Shown here piece by piece: positions 36,586-52,000 of a DNA stretch of 64,000 nt. Below the pieces are notes generated by a model, which worked only from the letters and a program-made list of their open reading frames with translations, ran no database searches and was not told where the DNA came from. The stretch lies in contig CAJINV010000020.1 of NCBI GenBank assembly GCA_905178155.1, positions 124,001 through 188,000 on the forward strand, read 5' to 3'. The position numbers and the translations under genes are program-made. Position 1 is the first letter of the stretch. Each line of letters begins with the position of its first letter. Source of the stretch: Amoebophrya sp. A120. Taxonomy: Eukaryota; Protista; Dinoflagellata.

Positions 36586-38439
36586 TCAGCTTTTTACAGC
36601 TGCGATAAACTCAGCTAGGCCGTCGGGCGTGAAATCTGGCTGCATCCCATGTCCCAAGTTTGCAATCAGACGTGCGTCGCCGAATTCCGCTCGCATCTTG
36701 CGCACCTCTGCGGCGATGGTTCCGGTGCCCACAGCATAGAGCACCGCCGGATCCAGGTTGCCCTGCAGCGTCTTGGACGGACAGGCTTTGCGCGCGTAGC
36801 TGGGCGTCTGCTTCCAACTGACGCCGACCACGTCGTACAGACTGTCTTCCCAGTAGTGCAGGGGTGCGTCCTTCGCGAAGATGGTCAGCAGAGCTGGGAA
36901 GGGCAGTTCGTTTTCAACTTTTGGAAAAACTAGAGCTCATCGGGGTGAGTACTATTTGGAACACCTACGAGAAAGCTCTAACTCTACTCGTGAGCATATG
37001 CCTTGGAGTTGAATCATACAGCGCACAAAGATCCTCGAGTCTATTGCAATCCCAATCTACTTCCTTAGGAACAACCAGAATCTCTTCGACGTTCCATAGT
37101 AAGTACTTACCTTCGGGTCGTGCCGCTTTGACCGACTTCGCGATGCGCTTCAGCTCGGGAACCATCAGTTCGTCAAATAGCTTCGGTGGACACTCCCCGG
37201 CATTGGTGTCAAAGACCTGCAGCAGGCTGGCACCAGCGTCAAACTGGGCGATGAGGTAGTCAATGATCACGTCCGTGATTGCTGTTTTTTCGTTTTCTAG
37301 GTAAGTACTCATTCTTCAAGGGAATGACTTTTAGTGGTTGCGCATACTGGTACAAAATTGTGAAAACTCCCAAGTCAACAAGGAGTCAACTGGCAACTTT
37401 ATTTGTTTTGAAGTCCTTCCCCTACAGCAGCAAATCGAAGAAATCCAAATGCAAAACTCCTCCCAAGAACCTGTCATGACTTTCACCGCTGCCTCTCGGT
37501 GGAGGTATAGCCACTTCCGTGCGAGACTCCATGTCTTCGAGCCACCGCCCTCTATCATGTATGCGAGCAGAGTCCAGGGCGCACCACTGAAACCGATTAC
37601 CGGTACCTGTGGTGAGTTTCATGATCAAGGCCAGTCTTCTCGTGTTCACCTGGCATATTACTGCATCAATCCCGATAAAAAAAAAGCAGTCTGTCAGACG
37701 AGAAACAGCGCACAACTATTTTGCTTTTGAGTCGGACAAAGCCGTGCATTTCTTGCTGCGCTGAACCAGAGTTGGCAACACGAGGACCTCCTTGCTGCAT
37801 AAAAAGTTTTCTCCGGCGAAGTAGAAAAGAGCCGTTCTACAGATCTATTCAAACCTTGTCCCCGACACGCAAGTGTGTCCAGTGTATGGCGTCAAAAACG
37901 TAGCCTAATTTCTCCTCCACGTCGGGTCGCAGCGTCAGGTACTCGGCTATTTTCTCCGGCGACTCGAGGGGTTGGTGAAAGGTGGGGCCCTTGCCGGGGA
38001 CCATTTCGCAGGGCATGCCCATGGCGACGGGGATCACCAGAATGTCGCTGAAAATGATCACCGCGTCCAAGTCCGGGGCGAACCGGTCCAGCGGCTGCAC
38101 GGTCACCTCCGCCGCGAGCTTCGGCGTTTTGCACACCTCGAAAAATGAACTGAGGGACCGCACCTGCTTGAACTCCGGTAGGTAGCGGCCCGCCTGGCGC
38201 ATCGCCCAAACCGGAATTTTGCCGCTCGAAGACGATTTCCCGCCCGCAACGTCGAGCAAGCTGCGGTTCGCGGGGGTTGGACGGTGTTTGAAATTTCTCC
38301 GTATTTCGGTGAGATTCGACGGGGGGGCGGGCATTTCCGAATCCGTGCGTGCCCTTTTCGCGGGCGGATGCCCGGGTTCCGCCGCGATGGTGGAGGCGGG
38401 CTGGTCTGAGCCCGCTGCTGGGGCCGTTACTGCGGTCAT
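36586..38439 (-). CDS. hemE: Uroporphyrinogen decarboxylase, with conventional introns
   Basis: [64 protein letters not shown]; e.g. GT-AG intron 37607-37854. Confidence 0.93.
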
Positions 38440-39047
38440 GATGCCGGCGTACGGCAGTCGTTTCGTTCAGTGGAAAATTACTCAAATCCAAATGTAAAAA
38501 CTCCACCGCGGCATTAAGAAACAAAAAAACATTTACAGATACAGCCGCAAGCTTTTGAGAAGATAAGAAGCAGCTTTGAAAAAAGATCGGACAAGGCTCG
38601 TGATGTTTCTCCAGGGCGTGCACTGATCTAATGCCTTTCCCCAGCGCCTGCAGCTGTGACAAAAGGTCGAGCAAGACTCCCGGTCGCGAGGATCCTTTCA
38701 CTTCACGTTCACCACCGTCAATACCGCAATCCATTTCCAGAAAACAACAAAAAAGAAAACACAAACCAACGCGCAAATGTCAAATCCATGAAAGCGGTGA
38801 CGAACCATACTAGAACATGCACGTTGGTTGACGAGTACTACAATACATGCCAGTTTTACTGATCACGGAAAGCGTCCCGGCATGTCGTCTCTTCATGTAT
38901 TCATTCGCGCTTCACTTTGTACAGCGCGTAATCACTTCGCATATAACACTTTTACGGCTCCCTTCGAAGTTTTATCACTGTCGCTGCCGAATTCTAAGCA
39001 GCATCGAAACAGTCAGAGACAAGAATGAAAAATGCAAAATTTCGGCT

Positions 39048-42000
39048 TCACGTATTCATTTCAACGTCACGAGTCCCAAGAAAGGCACAGCTGTTGATCC
39101 CAAGATGCGTCGTAGATGAAAAGCCGCTACCTGGTCGTTGGAACTTCTGGCTGGCAATGAAGTTCGGCGGTTGAAGTTTATTTTGCACAGTTTTACAGTT
39201 ACTGGTCACGGCTGCCTGTAGTTCTTGGCGAGAAGCGGACTGCTCTACTTGCAGGCTCGTACAATTCCTACCGGTAGTCACGTCCTGTGGCTGCAAGGTC
39301 GGAGGCCCCCCAAGTTCGGCACGCGACGCCGCGTTTTTACCACGGAGTTGTAGAGGCATGAAGACGCTCGTACTTCTTGTGGTCTGTATGTTGCAGCTAC
39401 CGGTGCTCAGAGACAAGACAGCAGATGTTGGTCCTGCAAGGGAGCAATTGCTCGCGGTTTTACCAGCACTCCCACCGGTACCGCCCACAACCCCAACCTG
39501 CGCGGTTAACACGACCCCCTTCCGCGACGTCGGGGGTGGGGAGCAGTGGGCGGGCACCTTGGCGCTGTGAAAGCCGGTTTGACACGGAGACGTCGGCCGC
39601 GTCGTGTTTGCAGAGGAGGAGGACGACGGTTTTGTGGCCAAAACAAAACTCCCATTTGCGCTGTTTGGCGAGCTTCTACTGTTTGATGTAGATGTTGCGA
39701 GAATCTTATTGGCTTTTGGTTTTGAAATATTAAAGTAGGGCAGTGCCTGCTGGAACAGACCTTGTTGCTGATCATGCCCCGCTCCGGCAACGTGCTGCCG
39801 CACGCGTAGCGCTGGTGATGGGAAGGGAACAGGCTGAGCAGTTCTACTTCCTCCCAGCTGCGGCATGGAGGCGGTGAGGTCTACTTGTTGCGTGGGACTA
39901 CTGCTGAAAAGCATCAAACCGGGCGATGGGCTCTGCTCGCAGCGGAATCTCGGAGCTGCAAGTAGAGAGACTTCTTCCACGGCACGGGCGCAATCTTGCT
40001 CCACTTGTCCTACAGGTCTTGCAGCAGGCACTGCGGTGGATACAACGCGCTCAGCAGCCGCCTCTCCAACATGTTCAGGACCGGCTAGCAGCTGCTGCTC
40101 TTCATGATCTACTCCTGCTTGTCGTTCACGTTCAGATATATTAAACGTTTGCTCTCGCTCGCCTCCATTTCGCTGCAGATCCGCAGCCTCTACTCGTGGA
40201 GATAATTGTTGCGACCGGGGAGCTACAAGGGCACTTGTAACGACCCCGCTTGTACTATTGCCACCGGAGGTGCCCGTCCCCTGTTTCTTGCCGTTCGACA
40301 TCAAAATTGCACAACGGGTGGAGGAAGATGATTTACCAGAGCCGGCCGCCGCGCTTTTGGCCCACTTCAGGGCAGACAGGATCTGTTGGCTGGTTTTGAT
40401 GTTGTGCTCGTGGCGGCGGTACTGCTGTCCCAGAGCCGGACTTCTCGTTCGGCGGGGCGACACTCTGCTGCAGCTCCGGTCGAGGACACTGACGCTATTA
40501 CCTAAGCTGCGGATCGAAGAGGTGGCACAGTCGGGGTCAGAGGTACCTGCGAAGTAGAGGAGGGAATTACTAGTTGGAGATACATAGTACTGACGCGACA
40601 ATAATGTTGAAAGAATCCACAAAAATGATGCCAGTCGAAACGGAGTCACGACACTTTGACAGGATTTCTATATTTGAATGATATGCAACCCACATCAGGA
40701 ACAAAAGCTCCAACAAAAGTACGGTCCTGCTGCAGGCGCATGGACGCTTGACTCTGTGCCGCCGGCGTACTGCTGGCGTGCGTATCGATCCTGTTCAGTG
40801 CGCTGCCGACTGAGGAAGCCCGCCGCTGCTGCAGGGGCTGGTACTGCTGGTTAGGGTGGTCGTGGGCTGCAAGATGAAAACACGACGACGACGATGACGA
40901 CGACGACGCACCAGGCTGGTAAAATAAAGGGTTGCGTGACGATTGGGATAATGCTGATGTCCCGCGCTGTTGTGCAACCGCGGGGCAGCTTTCCTGCGGC
41001 GTCCGCGCAGACACCAGGATCCGGGACTCTTCGCAGTACTGGATCCGGTACTCGAGTCGAGGATGAAAAAACTGTGGTAGTCTAGGTGTCTTGGGGTAAA
41101 AGCATGACAAATTTGCTCCGCATGACAGAGAAATCCTGTCATGCACAGCTAGTAAGTACGTGAAAAGGTGTATGAAAACAGGACACTAGGGCTGGCCAGC
41201 GTGACAAGTGCTGTAACTGTGTTGCATATACTTACAGTTTACAGACTTACACCTACACAGTTCAATTTCTCTTGCATAACTCGTCGAGTCGCTTGGCCGC
41301 CTCCGCCTCTTTCTGCTGGGACAAAGCCACATGCTCTTCCAACTGCGTCATGCGGGTTTCCTGGTCCTTGGACACGCGCCCCAGCTCGGCACACAGACTC
41401 TCCTTCTCCTCCAGAATGGTCGAACTGTTTTGATCATTGTATAACTGGCTCACTACTTGGGAGAATGCCATTGCGTAAGTGTGAGGAAAAATCCTTTCGT
41501 GGATGATGAATGGTCTATCATCTTCTTACAAAAAGAAAAAACAAAGACAAAAGGAAGGTGATAAAGCACTGCTCGCGAAAAAAATAATATCACGCAAACT
41601 CCTTTATTCTGTATGGTACAAGTTCTGCTTTTCCTTCAGCATGCGGCCCAGTTGCCTCCGCAGCCGCACTACCTCCTCGCTGCGGTACGAAAGTTCAGCC
41701 TCCAGTTCCGGCACGCGACGTTCCAATTTCTGCAACAGGTCCCATTTCTGCCGCTGCTGCTCCCGGCAACTCGCGCCAGGGGACACGCGCTGGTGGGTCA
41801 CGGCGCCTCCACCTGCAGGAGTCGTTTTACGCAAGAACATTTTGGAGGACGCCGGCGAGACATTGTTGTAGCGCAGATTTTGATCTTCAAGATTGAGCGA
41901 CGAACCTGCAATTTCGCAAGTAGGATCGGTAGGCAGATTGGTAAAGACAAAATCATTAGATGGCAGCTGCCCTGCGATGACTGCAGTACGCGATCCGCCT

Positions 42001-43560
42001 CCGTCATTTTCCTCAACACGGCGAGCCCCAGTAGTACTAAACGGGGACAGCGGTCGCCTGCCCGCGCCGGCGAAGGGGCTCAGCGCTCGGTTTTTGCGAT
42101 GGAAGCTGTGCGGGGGCGTGCTCGCGGTTCGCACAAGGGGCTTCTGCGTCAACACATGCTGACTGTCTTGTTTCGCCGCCTGCGCCAGGCGGGGAGAGCA
42201 GAAGACTCCGTGCTGCCTAGGCGAGGTGCCGGAGTTCTTTTTGCTCCGCTGCGGCGGCCCTCGCGAACAAAGGTGCAACAACTTGTTGGCGACAACATTA
42301 TTCGCCTGCGCAGCGTGCTGTTTTGCTTCGTGAGGGTCCTGATTTCCACCTGCTGCGCGATCTTCTAGACGAGCAACAACATCTACGTTGCCCGACCCCG
42401 CGCCACGACCCGCTGGCCCCACGGTTAATATGACGCTCTCCTCCTCTGGGAGTTCGGTCTGCACGGAGGCATCGTCACATTGGAGGGCGACTTTTTGTTG
42501 ATCCACTTCCTGTTGTTGACTTTGCGCTGCACCAACCGAAACCGAGCCTGACCCTGTTGACTCGTGGTCCTCGGGGCTGCAATTTGGTACCTTCAACGCC
42601 CCACATGTATGATCACTCGCATCGCAGGTACTCGCCGTTCCTTCTTTCAGCGGTGTACTTGACGCGAGTGGTAGTACAACCGGAGGACCAGCGTCGACAA
42701 CTTCTTTCGCGACAGAACTACGCCCAGCACCGACAGGAGGGGCAGTCTGAAAAGAGTGCGCCTCCTGTGGGGATAGGTTCGCATTCGCTCCATCGAATGT
42801 TCTTACCGCTGTGCCCCACGACCTGGAAGCTCTTTTTGAAACGCCTTTGCCAGAACCACCGGCGCTCGAAGCGGTAGGACCTCCTCCACCTGCAGAGTGG
42901 TCGTAAAAATTGTTCCAGGTCAGAGACGCTCCCGTTGTTCCCTCGATGTTACTCGGTGATGTTGTATCCCGACGGAACAGCAGGGTAGGCGTTCGCAAAT
43001 TATACCCGGCGGAGGGAGGACTCAGCGCACTTGTCGGCCGGTTGCTCTGTAGGTCGTCGACATTGGAGGACCTGCAACGACGATTTAATACGGTTTTCCA
43101 ATTCTTGATGTTTGGTGCCTCCTTCGATGTCAATCTCAATACTTGCGTTCCACATTCTCCTCATATCATTGACCTTCTTTCCAGATGAAAACTGCGAAAA
43201 CACTGCAGACTTTTCCTTTTCCTTTGCTCACATTAATCGGTTTCTCTCTAAACGTGTGGTTGACCTTGAGCCGCAGGCTGACGACGCAATCATATTCATT
43301 TACCTGTGTCGACCTGCGTGGAAATCCAAAAAAACGTTCCCGGGAGCAGCTGCAGCACCAACAGCGGCAGAAGAGGAACTAGCAGAAACAGGATTCGCCT
43401 CCTTACTCCGGAACAATTCCAGCGGCGGCTCCGAAATTCCACAAGAGGACCTCGGACCGGCAACGGCCAACGTATCGCGCCACGCTCGCAAGACAAATTT
43501 CGCACGCCAATAACTTGCATCTGCCTGCTCTCGGGCAAGCAACACCGGAATGGTCATCTT
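39048..43560 (-). CDS. Multi-exon low-complexity/coiled-coil hypothetical protein; boundaries uncertain
   Basis: Long minus ORFs 41604-43139, 41262-41471, 40646-41146 and 39048-40649; RLDE|YRIQY restored across 41055-41278. Confidence 0.5.
41055..41278. mobile_element. TIR introner family E (left end degenerate, lacks TA)
   Basis: GAAAAAACTGTGG...CTACACAGTTCAATTTCTCTTGCATA; DR ACTCG. Confidence 0.75.
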
Positions 43561-46035
43561 GATGTTTTCGTGTTGCGTGGAAGCATAGTACTTTCACACG
43601 GATGGAGAAAAATGAAAAAGAAAATCGGGAAAAAGGTAAAAACGAGACCACGACCACCGACGTACTTTTATGCAAATTCGGTGGTGCGACAAGACCGACG
43701 GTGAAAAAGCAAGTCGTTGGGGTAACTGCGGCGGAACGGCCGAAAAAATCTCAGACCGCAAAAACGCAAAATTGATTCCTTTCATTCCATGCTGTTCCTT
43801 GGTGACATCAAATGCGTCCATCCCGAACGAAACTGTGGATCTTCTCGTCGAGCCAACACCGAACAAAAGCGAAGAGTGTGATATGGTGAAGCCAACCTCA
43901 GCTGATGGGCCGACGTGGAGCAGATCTCTTTGCAAAAAAAAACAAAAAAGCGAAGGCCGTTTTTTGTTTTTGCCATCAAACAGGCCTGGAGAACAACAAC
44001 CACTCAACGCCAATTGCCGTGCTTCGTGGTCGTGTCCGGAAAACATCACAAGGATGCTTGCTCGCATGATTTCCCGGGCTCTTCAACAAGCAATTGCAAT
44101 GCCCCACCCTCCGAGGTTAGAATACCACGGAAGACTTTCTTCATGTGGATAAGAAATGTTCTCACACGTCATTTCATCTGCCAGCCTGCAGCGCAAAAGG
44201 AGAGAGATCTTGCAGTGCCTCCAGTACACTCGTCTGTCGGTTGCAGCTCAAGGAAGATGCGACAGGTTGAGAGTGAGACACCGGTCCTCCACTTACCTAG
44301 GAAATAAAATTTATCTGCGAGCACGTAAAAGCAGACCAAGGTCACAGTTAGCTTTACATTAGTGCCAAATTCTGGTGTCTACTAGTACGTCTACTACGTT
44401 CCCCCGATGGCTTGTAACTAGGAAAATATGAGCTCGCTGAAATTACATGCATGTTCTTTGCGTTTCGGCATCCGTCATAGAAGTGCTGGAGCTACACTGG
44501 CTGGTAGAGAAGAATGACATCTACTTCGGAGCTGTTTTTAAATGGTAGACAGCGAGAAACGAGGAAGCAGGTATGATATTTCGCGACCGAGCTACAGCTA
44601 GCACTTGCTTCCTTGTTATGCTGCATACATCGACATCCCCGTGGTCGTCGTCAGGAACTTCTAAGGTAAAATTTTATCTACTTTGTTTACACCTGGATCT
44701 TTTACATCAATCCAGTTTCGCTGTCCTCTGATAACAGGCAAATGCGGTTATCTTCTTTGTTTCAAAATCGCAAAATGGGGTATAAAAAATGCAGACCTGA
44801 GGCTGCAACCTGGTAGTTCCAAATTTACATAATTGCATCTACTGACGTCGGCTTCTCCTGTCGGGTTTTACTACAGTTGCAGGAGAACTTTTATTTTGAC
44901 GGTCGTGAGGGAGAGGGTGAGGGGTTTGCATATGATACAATTCCAACCTGTAAAAAATGTACTTCTTGCAAAAAAAAAAAAACTTTGGTCTACATTTTGG
45001 GTGTGTAAACCTGAAGCCTGTCTTCAGTGATACCATTAACATCAAGTACATATCACTTTACGGCAGTGTCTTAGTGTCCTAGAACCAACATCACCTCTTC
45101 CATGCTAGCCGGAAAATGGTACCATTGGGCAGCTGTCCAGGAGAAAACAAAGCCCACGTAGTTCTCACCTTCGTGGCAGGCTCTGAGATAGCGAGAGCGT
45201 GTAAACGATCTGAAGCGAGTCACCCAGACGTGCAGGAGCCTACTACTTGAAAAACTTTTTTTGATGCAGTCTATCCATATCTCTTGAAACTAGTACTAAA
45301 CAAAACTATTTGCAGTAATTCTTCTCTCTTTCACATTACGTTCGTAATGGTCTTCGCAACTATCCTTCGCGAAACAATACATCTGACACCACTGCCAGCG
45401 ACTTTCTGCGACACGGCACCAGTCTTCAGTACTGCCCCCTTTTTACCTCACATTTGGAATTTCGCAACGTCAAAATTTGCAACTTCACTCCCAAGACAGA
45501 AACAGTCCAAATTTGTTTTATCGATGTTTGGAGCGAAATAATGGAAACTCAATCCATTGAGTACTCGGTCTCAATCTACTTTTGACTGGCATAATCTAAA
45601 TCTATTCTACTTCACATTAGTGCTGACTGCAGAAACACGAATGCACTATCGACCACTCCGGCACGCCCCCGTTTCGACATCTTCCAGAAGCGGCATTCGG
45701 TTTTGTAATGCACGTCGTTCAATAAATTGAAATTTCATGTGGTGAGTACTTAAGTACATAGTTCATCAGTACATTGATGTCATATTGTAATCCACCTCGT
45801 CCTCGTCCTCTGATGCGTCCCCGGCCTGGTCCACGTGGCTGAGCGGCGTCAGGTCGGGATCAACATCGTGGCTGTCCTCGTTTCTAGCGTTTAATCCCCC
45901 GCCCAGACTATGCGAGATAAAAACTGTGTCTGTGGAGATGCAACAAAAGCAAAAACAGTTACACAACTTGCCATGCCAGACGGCCACAAAGTCCTCTCTT
46001 TTATTTTCATCGCGTACTAGCCACGCATTACAGAT

Positions 46036-49000
46036 CTACTGTGTCACGTACAGACAAATTTGTTGTATGCTGTCAGCGCACACGCACACAGTTTTGTGTC
46101 CTGGATACGGCTGTTGACTGACATTTTTGCACCCGCTCCCGTCCAGTCCCGCGGCCCCGAACGCGACACTGTTCAAGCCCTTGCGGCTACTGGTAAAGCT
46201 GTTTCGATCGTTGTGGCGGAGAGACCACTGCGAGCAGCACCGCAGTTGGTCGATCAGATCCGACACCTCGTCCACGTCATGGAGAAAATACTTCGCCTTC
46301 GAGGGCTTCTGCCCCACCGTACAGGAGAAGAAAGCTGGACGATGTTTAGAAGTATGCAGAGCTGCATATGGTTTCTATTCTACCCACGACGAGACGAATT
46401 TCCTAATGCAAGTACTACTTGTCGAAGCGCTATGATCAACACCAGTACACGAGCCTCAGCCATAATCAAAATTCTTACCACTCCGCTTTCCGCCCCCATG
46501 GCCCGTAGCACTGTCGCCGAGCTGGCAGAGCCCGCCGATGACGCTGCCGGACCGCTGTGTGTGCTGCCGAAACGTGGCGTTTGCGGAAGCCGACTCGGAA
46601 TTCTCCGAAGCTTCGTCCGTCGTACTGCCCCCATCCCGCAGTGTGCAGTCGTCGCGCCGAATGTCGTTGATCTGCGGTATTCAAATGGGTGACGTAGTCG
46701 ACGTGTCGTGTGATGCGAAACCAAACACTTCTTCGAGATCACAAAGGGTGATTTTTGTTTTCAACTTGTGTAGATCGAGTCTCACCTTCATCGCCCTAGA
46801 AAACGTAGCTAACGTTGTAACCGGCGACCGAAATCAATAAATGCACTTTTCCAGCAGCAGAAAAGGCCAACTACTGATCATGATCTGTTTAAAAGTTTCT
46901 TCGCTTCTTTTGTACCACTTGGAACATGTCTTCGTCCGACCGGTCGTCCCCGATGCACAGTACAAAGTCCGGGTCTCCGCGGATGTTGGAGATTTTGCTC
47001 AAAATTTTCTTCACGGCCTCGCCCTTATTCACCCCGGCCAGCTTGACCTCGATGTAGCCCTTGCCCTCCACAATCTCGACGGGGAACCCGAACATGAACT
47101 CCCGCAAATGCTGCGACAGCTCCTTCGCCTGCCACCGCCCGAACTCCGGGTCCGAGTCCCGGTACTGCCACACGAGCGCGGACCCCTTGTTCTCAATGTA
47201 CGATCCCTGCGTGCGGTGCACGTAGTGCTTCAGCAGCTCGAACGCGATCTTCTTCCAGGTTTCGATCCCGGTACTAGCTCCCCCCGCGGCCCCCCCGGCG
47301 CCGGCGCTGGCGGCCGCCTGCGCGGCGCCCGGCGAGGAGGCGGCGGAGGTGGTCTGGCTGCACAGCTGCGGGTGGCTCCGCGTGACGTACCAGTCGTGTC
47401 CGGAAATCGCGGGCAGGCGGTAGCACCACCCGTGCTCCGCCGCGAGGCCGATGTCCGGCACGGAGGCGAACCAGGTCTCCATCTGCACTTTCGAACGGCC
47501 GCTGATCACCACGATGATGTTCTTCGGGTCCCGCTGCAGCTCGCGGAGACACTCGAGCACCGACGCGCGGGGCGGCGCGCCCTTGCTGTGCAGCTCCTCG
47601 GCGCACGAGCACGCGGACTGCTGCCGCGTGCGCGAGTACAGGTTCCGCAGGTCCGGCGCCAGCGTGCCCTCGTTGTCAAAAAAGAAGACGCGGGAGGTGC
47701 GGCTGTTGCGGTAGGCGTGCAACTATCATCTGAGAAAAACTGCCACCACGTTCCATTCCTCCGCTCAAAGAAGAAGAATTGTCACGCGACGTCGTGAATC
47801 GTGCGTGTATTGCAAGACGGCAAGAAGTAAAGGAGCCAGGCTTTTTTATTGCAGGCTGCAATTATTTGTCATGCTGCTCATGGCAGTTTGTTCGAGTTTC
47901 TGCCCGTTTGGCTTTTGTGATCACATCAAATGATCATGCCTACGGTACAATCCCCCTTTGAACATTCAGTCAAAACCCGCGGCAGCAGTTTTTCCACGTT
48001 CATACCACCACCTCGTCCGTGTCGAGCTTGCAGAACCCGGCCTGCAGGGACATGACCCGCACGGTGTTGCCGAACCCGTATTTGATGTAGGTGCGGTCGT
48101 CGGGTTTCCGTGCGGCCCGCAGGTCCTGCAGGAAGGCGACCGCCCAGTTGAGTAGCGTGTGGTCTTTGATGTATTCCATGTCCTTGGAAAATCGCTCCTC
48201 CATGTCCACCGGGCTGCTGCGGCACATGCGGTCGCAGGCAGCGATCACCTGCGGGGTGTTCCATGGGTTGATCTGGACCGCGCCCTGGAGCACGCGTGAA
48301 CACCCCGTGAACTCAGACAGGATCATGCCGCACTTGCGCGCGGGCGCCGCATCGCGGTGGCAGGCGAGAAACTCGAAGGGACCGAGATTCAGCCCGTCGC
48401 GGACCTGCGTGTCGAGGAGAACGTTTGCGTTCTATGCATTGCAAATATGTCTGGGTCTGGAAGGTTCTAAACTTGTCATGCGGATTCTGGAGCGTGCAAA
48501 AATCTGTGTTGCGTAACCCGCTATTAAAGCTACCAACTTCTTGCCACACGAAAGGTGAACATTTCTGATGCGGCTTAGGCATTCAGACACTCTTGCAAAA
48601 TTTGTGATGCTTTTGGGTGCAGCATTCCAAATTCTGTGATCTACGAGACACATGACAAATCTCGTATTATCTTCATCCCGACTCAGACATACTTATTCAC
48701 TTTTGATACGTTCCGGTACAGGGCGATCTTCTCGTCCCGCTCAACCTCGTCGATGATCAGCAACACGTGCGTGCCGTATGTCGCATTTACGTCGTCCACC
48801 AGGCCCCGGATGGTGTCCTCCAAGCGCGCGGACTATCAAATGGAAAAAAGCAGGCAGGTCAATATATTTGTAATGGAAAAATAAATACACAAGGAAAATC
48901 TGTACTGCATATCCTAAACAGCACGCTAAGGGCCCGCCCATGACAGATTTTTCTGTCTTTTTATTTTTGCATTACAAATTTGCCCTGCCTGCTTTTTTCT

Positions 49001-52000
49001 GGGGGATACGGACCCTTCCTTGACTAGCGAGCTGTTCGAGGGGTACACGCACTGCACGAGCAGTATCCTGTGCAAAAGTATCGCACTCGTAGTAATTGCA
49101 ATCATGCATTACAAATAATTTTCTTAAGGTGAATCCGCATTACAAATTCATTTCTAATGCTGAGGAAATTTGTGATGCATTTATACAAGTACGATACTTT
49201 TGCAATGCATAAGCAGGACGTTGTGACGGTACTTGGGGAACTCCTGCAAAAACGTCTTCCACATCCGCAGCTTCAGCATCACGCCGGCCAGCGCGTCGCA
49301 CCGGTCCAGACCCGCGAAGATGGTCTGGTGCGGGTACTGCTCGCGGAGCGACAGCAGTAATTTCAGGTGCCGGCTCTTTCGCCGCGTGCTGGCCGTCGCG
49401 GGGGTCGGCAGGTGGCGGAACGTCGCCATGGACTGTGACCGTCCCAGCGCGACCGGCCCGGCCGCGCCGCCGGACATCAGCGTCCCGTCGCGCAGCAGGC
49501 TGCCGCCCTGGCTGCAAAGCGAGGACGCGGAGCTGCTGCTGGGCAGCATGGCAATGTACTGGTTGGGCACGGTCACGTGGAAGTTGTTCCCGCGCACGTT
49601 GCCGAGCAGCGTGTTCGCGCGGCGGAGCGGCTCGGGCGAGGCGGTCCCCGAGGACTTGCTCAGGTCGTTCTGCGGCGACAGCGCCTCCGCAACGTCCTCC
49701 TCGGCGATCTTGGGCAGTGTGTGCCCGTTTTCGCTTACGGGGATAGACGACCGCTCACTACTGCGGCTGCAGTGGTCCAGGACGGACGACTTGCGCTCGG
49801 GCAGACCGTATGCATTGGTGCAAAAGTATAATCGCACAACTAGTAAAGTATACGTCGCATCACAAATTTTTCCAAGAAAAGAATTATGCGATTTGTCATG
49901 CTGATTTCCCTTAGTTGATAAAATTTGTCGTGCAAGACGGCGATTAGTACGACGACGTGTACGATATTTTTGCACTGCATAGCCCGCATCGCGGCGAGTC
50001 CTCCAATTCGTACTCTACCGAGGCCCGCGCGGGGGCGGAACTTGTCAATTCGTCTGGGGACAGGGAGTGCGAGTCCGTCGCGCTCCACTCGTCCTCTGCG
50101 AGCGGCGTCTATGCAAGAAAAAGATACTCGTGTAAGTGGTAAGTCTGTAGTGCAGAAAAAGCAATCCAATCACACTTGTCATGCCAGACAGCCAGAAAGT
50201 CCCCTGCTTTTGATATGCGTTAGCGTTTTCACGCACTAGTCATTTTATCTAATATGCAGAGCATCAAATTTGTCATGCTGTCAGCATTCCACGAGTTACA
50301 CGACTACCACAGGTTTTTTTCCGGATAGCGTCTGCTGCACTTGCACCGCCTTTCCGTCCGGTACGCTTTGTTCCTGCTCCTCGTCAGTGCTGCTCCTACT
50401 CGCCGTAATCCGGTCGGAAGTCGCGACAATGCCGGCGGTGTTGGCCGGCGCGATATTAGCCGTAGTTGTACTACTGGTGCCAGCACCAGCTGCCGAGGTA
50501 GACTTAGCGGGTGCGGCCACACCACAAGATGATGTTTTGTTCCCCACAGCACTCGCGACCGTGGTCCCGGCGACCACTCCATCCTCGATCGCAGCTGCGG
50601 ACTTGCTCTCTAGCTTTCGCTTCTCCTCATCTGCCTCCAGAGCCGCTTTCAGATCAACGAGGTTGTTCGCTGCCTGCGCCACCTCGTGCACGTTCACCAT
50701 CACGTGACTCACCTTGATCATCACCTGCCGTCCATGGTAGTCCACCGCCATCTGTCCCGAGGGGAGAAACTGGTAGTCGAGGCCGACGATGCGCTTCACC
50801 GTGACGAAAAATTTCCGCACATACTCGAAAAACTGGAACCTGGGTTAAAGATAGAGGATTCTCAATGGTATATTGAAATTCTCGCCTGCTTCCTGTTCAT
50901 GTTTATGATCACCCACGAGTTATTTCTTGCTGTACTTATCCCCAGCCCCACGCCTAAGCGGTAGAAGTTTGAAAGTTTTCTTCTCGCGTACTACAGTAGC
51001 TCGAGAGCACGACAAAAAGCGGCCAATTACCCGATCAAATCGGCGCACAGCATGGCCCGCAGCAGCTCCTCCCGCACCGCGAGGCAGCGGAAGATGTCGC
51101 TGCTGGGAAAGGGCGTGTGGAGATACAGGCCGATGTTCGCCTTCCGAATCTTGCGCGTCAGGTACTGCGGCAGCAGGAGCAGGTGGTAGTCCTGGATCCA
51201 AAAAAAGTCTGTGTGGTGCGAGGTGCGGATGATGACGTCTGCGAAGCACAAATTGATGCGCTGGTAGGACACCCACAGGTCCTCCAGCGTGCTGTGTGCG
51301 CGGTTCGGCGAGGGACTGCCCCACGTGCCATTCTCCGATGCGCCGCTGTGGTTTAGCCGCACCACCTCGTGCAGGATGGGCCACAGGATCTGCTGGCAAA
51401 AATTCATATAGTTGTCGAATTCCTCGCGCGGAAGAAACACCGGAATGCAGTCGTACTGGAAAAGCAGGTCAGACACCTGATTTTGAATGCATTTTTCATT
51501 TATTCCGTGCGTTAATGTTGTCTGTTCAACTTGCCGAAAGAACTTAAGAGCGATCATGCACAACCATTCCTAACTGTTCGAAACGGCGAGCAAGCGCTTC
51601 ATTCGCCTGCGTGCTGAAGAGTTCTTTTTATTCTGGAAACACCTTTAGCTTGTTGATCGACCAAAGCTACAGCAAGCACCTGTCTTTTCTCGTACTCGGA
51701 CTCGATGTGCACGCCGGGCCAGCCGACGCAGAGCAGCCTGAACCGTGCTTTCTATCAAGTGCAAAAGTGTCTAGGTCTGGAAGAGTGAAACTTGCAATTA
51801 TGCTGTCTACGGATTCTAAAAATATCTGTGTTGCATGAGCAGGAAGAGGAGTCAGTTCCTGGCACGCGGAGAGGGCATTTGTCATGCGTATATTAGCATC
51901 AAGAAGGTCTCAAAAACTCTGTGATGCTAGCACCAGCATAACAGACCTGATGCGTCATGCAAAATGTGCACGACAAGTCCCGACTCTTCCAGACCCAGAT